This document shows positions 10,150 through 18,900 of a stretch of DNA of 35,151 nt, piece by piece. Every line of letters starts with the position of its first letter. Positions within the stretch are counted from its first letter, which is position 1. The position numbers and the translations under genes were made by a program. This DNA is from Chrysochromulina tobinii. Lineage: Eukaryota. The notes beneath the pieces were generated by a model that had not been told where the DNA came from, did no database searches, and was given only the letters and a program-made list of their open reading frames with translations. The stretch covers positions 1 to 35,151 of the forward strand of contig JWZX01002534.1 in the NCBI GenBank assembly GCA_001275005.1. Reading direction: 5' to 3'.

Positions 10150-10500
10150 GGCATGGCGACGGTGCACAGCCGTCGGAAAGGTGGACGGGCGTGTGGCGGT
10201 CGCAGCGTTATTCGGCCATGTCGAGGGCCCACGTCGCGCGAAACCAGGCCAGGGCCCTTTCACCGAGCTATTGTTTCTCGCGCGAAACCAGGCCAGGGCC
10301 CTTTCACCGAGCTATTGTTTCTCGCCGCAGCGTTATTCGGGAATTCGGCCATGTCGAGGGCCCACGTCGTGCGAAACCAGGCCAGGGCCCTTTCACCGAG
10401 CTATTGTTTCTCGCCGTCGTTCCTGAAATGGAACGGAAGGGATACGGCCGGGCCATGCTGTCGCACGTGCACGGGGAAGCTTCACATGCAGGACGTGATC
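10150..10500 (+). pseudogene. GNAT (GCN5-like) acetyltransferase fragment broken by internal tandem duplications
   Basis: FTELLFLAVVPEMERKGYGRAMLSHV resembles GNAT motif A (R/Q-x-x-G-x-G). The 133 nt of duplicated sequence at 10282-10414 shift the frame. Boundaries are approximate. Confidence 0.6.
10201..10414 (+). repeat. Compound tandem repeat B-A-A-B'-A (A = 44 bp, three identical copies)
   Basis: gcgaaaccaggccagggccctttcaccgagctattgtttctcgc at 10238-10281, 10282-10325 and 10371-10414. B at 10201-10237 recurs at 10326-10370 with an 8-nt insertion. Confidence 0.97.
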
Positions 10501-10881
10501 GTCGGGCGCGAGTCCGGCGTCGCGGATCTCATCTGCGCCCTGGTGGCAATGGTGACTGCGTACGCGGGCCCAATGCCCGACGGCTTCCTGACGTCCACCA
10601 CGGACACCACGATGATAACGTACCAGAAACGTACAGTGGATCCCCTCACGCATGTCGCGACCGTGGCTAACGAGACGAGGCCGCCGTGCCTAGACCTCGA
10701 AGGCAAACAATGGGAAGGCGAAGGTGGCCGCGGCACCAGCTGCAGCCAAGACGACAACGAGCCGCAAGAGGGCACTGGCGGCTCACATCCCCCCTGCCGC
10801 GTCCATCTTGTCGACGACGTCCACCGCCGCGCCCCCCGCCGCGCCCTCCGCACCTGTCCCGCACTGGTCGTGCTCAGCTTG

Positions 10882-10920
10882 GAGCACCCAGAGCCAAGAC
10901 TTGAGCACCCAGAGCCAAGA
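10882..10920 (+). repeat. 21-bp-period tandem duplication
   Basis: gagcacccagagccaaga occurs twice, 21 nt apart. Confidence 0.9.
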
Positions 10921-11124
10921 ATAAGTCCAACGGCGTTGCAAGAACCTCCACCTGGCGGACGCGGCAGCGCGCGAAGCGCTGCACGGCACCACCATCTACA
11001 AGCAGGTGCCCCCCGAGCTCAGCAAGCAGTACATGTACAAGGATCAAAGGTCTTTTGTGTTTCCGTAGCACAGAAATTTATCCAGGATATGTGCAATGTA
11101 ACCGCTCACGGCCGAATGCGTTCA

Positions 11125-11184
11125 CCCTTCCCCCCTCTTCCCCCCCTTCCCCCCTCTTCCCCCCTTTTCCCCCCTTCCCCCCTT
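11125..11184. repeat. Pure polypyrimidine (C6-7/T) tract; G-quadruplex/i-motif-capable
   Basis: Runs of 6-7 C separated by tt, tctt or tttt over about 60 bp, followed by TATAAA at 11190-11195. Confidence 0.9.
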
Positions 11185-11228
11185 GAGCATATAAACATGA
11201 AACTGTGCTCGCGAGGACGCGCATTTCG

Positions 11229-14200
11229 ATGGAGGCGTCGCCCTCCGAGCCGTCGCCGAGCTCGCCCGTCTTCGACGCGAGCGCGCCTGAGCCATCCAAG
11301 AAGAAAAAGTCGCGTGGCGCACGGCTTAGCAAGGCGGAGCGCGAGGCGAGGCGCGAGGCGCGAGAGGCGGCTGCCGTTGAGGATACGGCCGGGGCATCAG
11401 GAACGTTTGAGGTGCGGCGCAAGCGCCTGCAGCTGCTCGTGTCGCGCTCCGAGTGGGACGAGGCTGCAAGCCTGGGTGGCGAGTCGCTCCCTCTCGCGCG
11501 TGATCTTGTGCGAGCGCTCGTGAAGCTCAACCGTCACAAGCTGCTGACGCACTGTGCGGCACGGGCAGCACGCACTCTGCCCGTGGAGGCACTTGCTGAG
11601 CTTGTGCAAGAGGCACTTGACGAGGGCCGGCTGGCTGCGGCCGTGGCGCTCGCACGTGGTCTTGGCGTGCTCGAACGCTTCGCCTTTGCCGAGCACGCGC
11701 TCATCGCCTACGAAACGGGAGCGACGCAGGAGGCGGCGGACGCGCTGGGCAGCGAGCCGCAGCTGCAGCTGCGCACACTGCACGCGATGCTGGCGACATC
11801 GCGCTGCCTGCAGTTTGCGGTGCAGTACCTGCCCGCACTACGCCAGCTGCCCGCGCCCGATATGCCCACGCTCGAGCGCGTCGGAGAAGAGGCTCTCGCC
11901 GCCGCCGCCGCCGCCGCTGCCGCCTCGACGACTAGCGCCCAGGGCGGCGCCTCGGCCTCTTCCACAGCCTCGGCCTCTTCCACAGCCTCGGCCTCTTCCA
12001 CAGCCTCGGCCTCTTCCACAGCTCCGGCGGCGTCCATAGGCCTCGCCGCCGAGGTGCGTGCACGGCTCGAGGCGGCGCTGCGCGCGCGCTGGCCCGATTG
12101 CTCTGTGCATCTGTTTGGTTCGAGAGCCGTTGGCCTCGCGAGTGCGGCCTCGGACGTCGATGCATGCGTTCTGCTGCCCTCGATGCCCCTCGCGCACTGC
12201 CGCGACGCTGCGGGGCGCGCGCTCGTGCGCCCGCTGCTGCCGCTCGCCGCCGAGTGCGTGCGCGCATGCGCCGAGGTGAGCGGCCTGCATCTCGTGCCCA
12301 CCGGACGCACGCCGCTTCTCCGATTCGAGTTTGATGGCTCAACGGGCCTGTGCGCCTCGGTAGAGCTTTGTGTGAACAACACGGACGGCCTCGCCAACAG
12401 CGCCGTGATGCGCGAGCTGCTCGGCGCGGACACGGCGGGTACGTCGCAGCCGCTGCCCGCGCTGGCTGCCGCGGTCCGTCGATGGGCCCAGCAACGCCTC
12501 CTATGCAGCCTCCCTTCGACCCTCAACAGCTATGCGTGGACGCTCCTCGCTGCATCGACGCTCCAACAGCTGGGCGACTTGCCAGTGGTTGCGGGCTCGT
12601 CAGCTGAGTTTGCGGCACAGCTGTCGCCGCCCGCTCTGGCAGACGTGGCCATGGACGATGGAAGTGGGCACGCTGGCGCCGCTGGTGCACGCGAGGGAGC
12701 TGATGCGAACATCAACCACGCGAGCGACCGGGCGGACATGTACACGGCAAGGGAGCGTGCGTGGCGCGCGATGGCTGCGGCTTCTCTCGCTCCGAGTGGT
12801 GATGCGCCACGTGGCATGGCTGATACACTGCTCGACGGCATCCGCGCCGCATCCCTCGCAGGCACCTCGCCCTCTGCCGCCTCGTTGCCACCGGCACCGT
12901 CCATGCTTCCACAACCAAGTTTGGCAGCGCCACGGCCATCGGTGCCACTTCCGATTCCGCCGTCGCCGCCTCCGGCATCGACGCTGGCGGCTCCGGCGGC
13001 TTCGGCGTCGGCGCAGCGCGCGAGGGCCATCGGGTTATGGGTGTATCACTTCTTCCTGCTCTGGGGGTATGACTTTGCCTACCGACGACGCGTAGTCTCG
13101 CTGCGCCAGCCACACACGCTAACGAAGCTCGACAAGGCGGCGGCGGACGAGGCGTGGCCGCGCCGACGCGACGAGCAAGCACTGATGCTCGAGGACCCAA
13201 TTGAGACGCAGCGCGATCTCGGCCGTCTCGTAGGCAAGCACGCGCTCCAGGCTATCCGACTTGAGGCCGCCTGGGCGGCCATCCGTCTATCCGGGGGTGC
13301 CTCGCTCGAGCAGCTTTGTGAGCCGTTCGACTGGCGGTTACGCCCATACGCGAGCCTCCTCGGCCACGAGCGCCTCGCGCCATTGATGGCGCTGCGTGCG
13401 CTAGGCGGCGCGCCGCCTCTCTACGTGCACGATCAGCCCACCTGCGAGGCGATGCTCGTGTCCTTGCCGCGCGCACGCATTCTGGGGCTCGACTGCGAGG
13501 GTGAGCAGCTCTCACGGCATGGGCGGCTGTGCCTGCTCCAACTGAGTACCGACGCCGGCCAAATCTTCATCGTCGACATGCTTGCGCCGTGCGCCGCGCG
13601 GCTCGTCGATGCGCTCCGGCCGTTTCTCGAGTCCCCGCAGGTGCTCAAGGTGGCGCATGACTGCCGCAACGATGCCGACGCACTTTGGCACCAGCACCGT
13701 GTGCGCCTACGTCATGTCTTCGACACCCAAGCCGCCTACGCCGTCCTCAAGCGCAACCGCCGAGCAGGCGGCATCGGCGGCGGCATCGGCGGCGGCGAGG
13801 GCGTCGGCAGCAGCAGGAGCCTCGGTGGCGGCGACTCAAATTACGCTCCCAATCGGAGCCCCGAGTCGAGCGATTGTGTGTCTCTGGGTTCACTCGTGCG
13901 CCGGATGCTGGGGCACGCCGCCGCCGCCAAGGGCAACATTAGCGCGCAGATGAGCGAAGAGCCTAGCTTCTGGGCGCGTCGGCCGCTGCGCCCGTCGCAG
14001 CTACGCTACGCCGCCTCAGATGTGGCGCATCTGCTGCCGTTGCATGCGCGTCTACTGCTCGAGATGGACTTTGTGGCGGCCGGCGGCTGGCAGAAGCATC
14101 GAGTGGCATGCACAGCGACGGGAGCGGCGTCGGCGGAAGGGGCATTGATGATGTGTGCGTCTGCGTCGCGGGCGTCTGCGATTGGGGCGGATGAGGCCAT

Positions 14201-15440
14201 GGTGGCGGGGCCACCCTCGGCCGCCGAGGCGGCGGCCGCTGAGAGCGAGCGCCTTCGTGCAGCGGTGACAGTCCGGTCGGAAGCGTACCTGCGCGTGCGT
14301 GAGCAAACGTATGGCGTCGCGAGAGCCGAGGACATCCAGCTGCACGCCGTGCTCCCGGGGCTCGTGACCAATGTGTCGCGCTTTGGCCTCTTTGTGCAGG
14401 TGGCCGAGGGGGTGGTGGGGCTCGTTGGGATCCCAGAGCTCCTTGGTCCGTCGGTCGAGGAGGCAGCGGCGATGATGACGACTACGACGACTACAATGAG
14501 GGCCGATGTGAGCCCGCCGCCTCGGCTGCGTGCGCTCAGAACGGTGCTAGCGCCGTATGACGTGGCGCAGCCGGTGACCGTGCGTGTGATCAGTCTGCGC
14601 CACATGGGAGGACGGTTGCAGGTCGGGCTCTCGCTGCATCTCGCACGCCTCAACCCGACGCTTGAGAACCCCGAACAGCTGACACAGGGGCCGACGAGCG
14701 AGGACGGTGGCGGCGGCGGCAGCGGCGGCGGCAGCGGCGGCAGCGGCGGCGGTAGCAGCGGCGGTGGCAGTGGTGGCGGCGTCCCTGAGTGGTTCTGGGG
14801 GCGCGTGCTGCTCGTGGAGTCGCGCCGTGCGACCGTTGGCCTTGAGCTGACCCAACCTTTTGAGCTGCCCCTCGCTTTTGTAGTCGATGCGGCCACGGGC
14901 GAGCGCGCGGCCGGCACGGCGTCGGCTGCAGCGAGCGCGTCGGCCGGTCGCACGCCCGGCGGCCTGAGGCTTTGCGTGCAGGTCGGCCAGCTCCTTCGTG
15001 TGACGGTGGCGCGCCGTCTTCCCGGACGCGTCCAGCTTGGCACGCGGCTTGTGAGAGCAGTGGCCGTGCTGGAGGAGAGGACGGAAACGGCTGAGAAGGC
15101 GGCTCAACTCGGCCTGTCAACCGCGGGGTCGCTGTCGGCAGCACGGGTGTCGCGGGACCAACGCTCGCCAGCAGCAAATGCGGCTGAAGACGAGATGGAT
15201 GGCGATGATGAGGCGTGGAGCGCCGACGCTGCGATGGCGCGCATTGACGCGGGCGTCAAGCGCAGCTGGTTGGCGACGTGGGAGGAGGGCAGCGACGACG
15301 ACGACGACGACTTTGAGGGTGAGGGCGAGGACGAGGACGAGAGCGATTGCGAGGACGCTGACGAGGCAGAGGAGGAGGCTGATGGTCGCCGCAGCCGATC
15401 GAAGCGCAGGCGGTTGGTGGCGAGTAGCAGCGCTGTGTGA
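11229..15440 (+). CDS. Fusion protein: helical N-domain + URT1/Cid1-like terminal nucleotidyltransferase + DEDDy 3'-5' exonuclease (EXD1/Egalitarian-like) + S1 RNA-binding domain(s)
   Basis: Single 1403-aa ORF. NTase: LFGSRAVGLASAASDVDACV, VELCVNNTDGLANS, TLNSYAWTLL. PAP-associated/NRM: FFLLWGYDFAYRRRVVSLR...LMLEDPIETQRDLGR. Exonuclease: LGLDCEG, KVAHDCRNDA, VFDTQAA, WARRPL...RYAASDV. S1: GLVTNVSRFGLFVQVAEGVVGLV...VTVRVI. Acidic tail and basic NLS-like ends. Confidence 0.9.
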   Translation: MEASPSEPSPSSPVFDASAPEPSKKKKSRGARLSKAEREARREAREAAAVEDTAGASGTFEVRRKRLQLLVSRSEWDEAASLGGESLPLARDLVRALVKLNRHKLLTHCAARAARTLPVEALAELVQEALDEGRLAAAVALARGLGVLERFAFAEHALIAYETGATQEAADALGSEPQLQLRTLHAMLATSRCLQFAVQYLPALRQLPAPDMPTLERVGEEALAAAAAAAAASTTSAQGGASASSTASASSTASASSTASASSTAPAASIGLAAEVRARLEAALRARWPDCSVHLFGSRAVGLASAASDVDACVLLPSMPLAHCRDAAGRALVRPLLPLAAECVRACAEVSGLHLVPTGRTPLLRFEFDGSTGLCASVELCVNNTDGLANSAVMRELLGADTAGTSQPLPALAAAVRRWAQQRLLCSLPSTLNSYAWTLLAASTLQQLGDLPVVAGSSAEFAAQLSPPALADVAMDDGSGHAGAAGAREGADANINHASDRADMYTARERAWRAMAAASLAPSGDAPRGMADTLLDGIRAASLAGTSPSAASLPPAPSMLPQPSLAAPRPSVPLPIPPSPPPASTLAAPAASASAQRARAIGLWVYHFFLLWGYDFAYRRRVVSLRQPHTLTKLDKAAADEAWPRRRDEQALMLEDPIETQRDLGRLVGKHALQAIRLEAAWAAIRLSGGASLEQLCEPFDWRLRPYASLLGHERLAPLMALRALGGAPPLYVHDQPTCEAMLVSLPRARILGLDCEGEQLSRHGRLCLLQLSTDAGQIFIVDMLAPCAARLVDALRPFLESPQVLKVAHDCRNDADALWHQHRVRLRHVFDTQAAYAVLKRNRRAGGIGGGIGGGEGVGSSRSLGGGDSNYAPNRSPESSDCVSLGSLVRRMLGHAAAAKGNISAQMSEEPSFWARRPLRPSQLRYAASDVAHLLPLHARLLLEMDFVAAGGWQKHRVACTATGAASAEGALMMCASASRASAIGADEAMVAGPPSAAEAAAAESERLRAAVTVRSEAYLRVREQTYGVARAEDIQLHAVLPGLVTNVSRFGLFVQVAEGVVGLVGIPELLGPSVEEAAAMMTTTTTTMRADVSPPPRLRALRTVLAPYDVAQPVTVRVISLRHMGGRLQVGLSLHLARLNPTLENPEQLTQGPTSEDGGGGGSGGGSGGSGGGSSGGGSGGGVPEWFWGRVLLVESRRATVGLELTQPFELPLAFVVDAATGERAAGTASAAASASAGRTPGGLRLCVQVGQLLRVTVARRLPGRVQLGTRLVRAVAVLEERTETAEKAAQLGLSTAGSLSAARVSRDQRSPAANAAEDEMDGDDEAWSADAAMARIDAGVKRSWLATWEEGSDDDDDDFEGEGEDEDESDCEDADEAEEEADGRRSRSKRRRLVASSSAV
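11949..12020 (+). repeat. Coding minisatellite, 18 bp x4 (ASASST)4
   Basis: gcctcggcctcttccaca repeated four times perfectly, just after a (gcc)n poly-Ala run. Confidence 0.95.
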
Positions 15441-15984
15441 ACTGTGATCCTGTGAGTGTGCCCCTTCGGCTTCGCGTTTATTTTGCCACAACACAAGGAG
15501 ATTCGGTTTTTACCAAACACAAACAACCACCAGCGGCGCGGGGGCACCGCACCCATGGGTATGCGATGGACGCCCAGCTGGACAAAGTACGGGCGGGAAA
15601 TGGACGTCAGGACCACTCCACACCACGCAATACGACACACCACATCATTGCCGTGCACATTCCACCAGCTCAGAGCTCAACACCACCGCCATCGCCGCCC
15701 ACACCTCACACCTCGCTCACTTTGCTCACGAGAGTAAGCCCAAACACCAAGCACGAAAGAGACGATCGAACGAACAGTGCCAACTGGAATGGCCGTCACA
15801 GAGCCGACAGTGACCCTACGCTTAGAGATAGCCCACGGTCGTCCACGAGGCGGCATCGAGTGTAGCGCCTCTTGCAGCTGCGAAAGCGCTGGCGCACACT
15901 CGACGAGCACTCGTAGCGAACCGTGCTTGCCGATCCCCCAGCTCAGTAATCTGCCGTGTATGAGCTCTGTAGGCACGACCCCGA

Positions 15985-18900
15985 TCAGTTAGTGTTCAGC
16001 TGGGCATTGCTGAGGAAGTGCGAGCCGCCGTTGCACCGCCAGCCATCCCCCTCACGATGCCAGTCAAAGCCGGCGGGGCAGAGGCACATCTCCTTGATTT
16101 TCTCGCGCACGGCGGCATCGATGCGGTGCTGCTCCGTCTCCGCCTCCTTGATCGCCTCGCGCATCGACGAGAGCACCGCGCCCACCTGCGCACGTAGTTC
16201 GTCGATGATGTCGCGCGCGTCTCTGCCCGTCTTGCTGCAGACCAGGCCCAAGATATCTGGTGGGAAGTCCTTGGAGCCTTCGCAGCCGCTCAGCTTCGTC
16301 ACGAGCTCGCGGCGCTTTGCGTCCGACTCGTCATAGCCAAGCTCCACGCAGGCCTCCTGAAGCGCCGCCGCGACGTCGGGGCTGCAGTCGCCGCATGAGT
16401 CCTTGGCCTCGATTTCAATGATTCGGATCTCCTCGCGCTCCTCCTCCAGCTCACGCGCCGGCGGCCCACCCTCGCGCATAGGCGGCAGTAAGTCGTCGTA
16501 ATCCTCGGCGCCGCTGTTGATGGTGGTGCTCATGCTAGACCCCATCGAGAAGGCCTTCTCGAGATGCGGCGGCGACGGCCGATGTCTGTCGAACGAGTCC
16601 ATCGCGCTGCGCGCGTCTTCCACGGTGAACGAGGGCTGGCCCTCATCGACGCCTCGGACGGCCGCGGCCGCGAGCCTCTGCGCGCGCATACCCGCGAGCT
16701 CGTCGTACACCCACTCGGCGTCGCGGGCGTTGGCCCATCCCGGCCGCTTCTGGATGCGAGCCAGCCGCTCGCGCAGGACCGCCTGGGCGTCCTTGGAGAA
16801 TGCAAAGCCCTTCCGGTTGCAGCGCTCGAGTAGGTACGCGACGACGTCGTCGGCATCCCAGTCCGGCAGTGTGATCCGCTGCTTGAAGCGCGAGCGGAAG
16901 CCGGGATTGGCGCCGGCGAGCATCGCATCCATTTCCTTTTCGTAGCCGGCGAGCACCACGATGCTCTTGCCCTTGTATTGAGGCGCGGAGAGATTGAATG
17001 TGAGCTGATCGACGGCCTCTTTGGCGTACAGCCCGCCGCGCATGCCGCCGCCGCCGAGGTTGTATGCTTCGTCGATGAATACGAGGCCGCCGGGTGCCGA
17101 CGCCATGAGCTCATCCACCTTCGTCTTCGTGTGACCGAGGTACTCGCCCTGCAAGTTGAGTGCCGACTGCTCAGCGAAGCCGTCGCCAACGAGCACGCCC
17201 TTTGCGCGCAGCCACTTGCCAAGCACGCGCGCAAAGGTAGTCTTGCCCGTGCCCGGGTTGCCGACGAAGACGTAGTTGCCCACTTTGTCGGCAGGCATCG
17301 AAGGGTCGAGCTCGCCGTCCGTCTGCAGCTGCGCGAGCCGCGCAGCGAGTGCGTCGAAGTGCGCCCTGAGGCCGTCGGCCTTGAAGAGAGTCGCCATCTC
17401 TTCCTCCACCTCGTGCAGCAGAGAGGCCGTCTTGGCCGTGCCGCCGCTCGCGCCCTCGTGGAGCCCGAGGTCAGCGAGAGTGATGCTGCGGGCGTCGCCC
17501 CGCCCCGCGAGGGACTCCTTGACACGGCCCATGAGCGAGTTGACGGCGCCCGCGTTGCCAAAGTGCGGCTTGATGCGCTCCCGGATGAGCAGATTGAGCG
17601 CCGCCTTGCAAACGGAGCGTTTGGCCCAGCGCAGGCCGGCGGCAGTGGCGGCGAGGTGCAATAGCTCCTCGAGCTGCGAGTCGGTGAAGTAGGCAAAATG
17701 GAAGGCCGACTCAGGCGAGAAGCGGCGCATGAGCCCCGGATTGACCTCGCGGAGCATCTTCATCATCTCGTCCTCGTACCCGAGCAGCAACACAGCGATG
17801 TCCTCGCCCGGCGAGTTGTGAACCTTGGAGACGATCGTGTCGATGGCCCGCGCACCGTAGAGGCCTTCATGCAGCCCGTAGGCCTCGTCGATCACGAGCA
17901 CCTTGCCTTTGCAGATCTCGAGCAGTGCCGCTGTCTTCTCCTCGGTGCCCCCCGCCGCCGACGCAATCAAGTCCGACGGGGTGCGCACCTCAACCGAGCC
18001 GTCGCTCAAGTAGCCAAGGCCCTTAAGGATGCGCCCGTACACCTTGGCGATCGTCGTCTTGCCGGTGCCAGGGTTGCCGAGGAAGAGCCGATTGAGGGGC
18101 ACGAGGTGCGGGGGCTCGCAATTGAGCTCGCGCTGGTAGTTGATCTGCGCGAGCTTGATCAGTGTTCGCGCCTGCTCCTTGACCGCCTCGAGCCCGACCT
18201 GCCGATCGAGCTCGGCGAGAGCAGCCTTCAGATCGGGCACATGCTCGACCTCTGGCGGCGGGCCGAGCACGTCGACCACCCTCATGAGGAGCTGCTCCGG
18301 GTCGTACTTGGATGGCGCGCGCGTCGGCATGAGCGTGTTATCGTCGCCAATCGCCGTACTAGTCGCGCCATGCGCGCTGGCCTTGCGAAAGGCCACCAGG
18401 GTCACCTTCGACCGTGCGCCCGAAAGGTGCTTCGCCAACCAAGTCTTGACGACCCCAGGCATCGGTGCGCTCGAGGGCACCTTCGCTGCGAGTGCCTCGG
18501 CAATTTCAAGCACGCTCATGCCCGCGGTGATGCCCTGGCTCTTGTACCAACTGCCCGAGCCTGTACCCTCGAGCCTGTAGTAGCCACCGGAATCGTCTAG
18601 ATCGGGAGGCTTGTCGCTCGCTTGAGCATAAATCGAGTGCGTGGCAGCCTGCCCGCCGGACGCATCGAGTGCGAGCTGTAGCTGGGCCCCGTCGCTGCCG
18701 TGAAATGCTTTGAAAAGCTTCTCTGGCCAGTCCGACGACGCTTTGCTGGTTGAGCCTGGAGGCTTGAGCGCACCCAAGACCTCCTTGCCATCGAGCGTGA
18801 GCTGCCCGTCCACGATGCGGATTATGTCGCCAGTCGCCAGCCGGCCGTCTTTCGCAGCGGGCGAGCCTGCCTTGAGAGAGGACACACAGAGGCCGCCGCC

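Noticed and set aside
10201..10414. CRISPR-like array (three identical 44-bp repeats)
   Set aside because: Two repeats are directly adjacent, the only 'spacer' is a copy of upstream sequence, there are no cas genes, and the context is eukaryotic. It is a tandem duplication inside a GNAT relic.
10153..11523. 456-aa ORF overlapping the start of the TUTase fusion
   Set aside because: Runs through tandem repeats and the C-tract and overlaps the real CDS out of frame; low-complexity translation.
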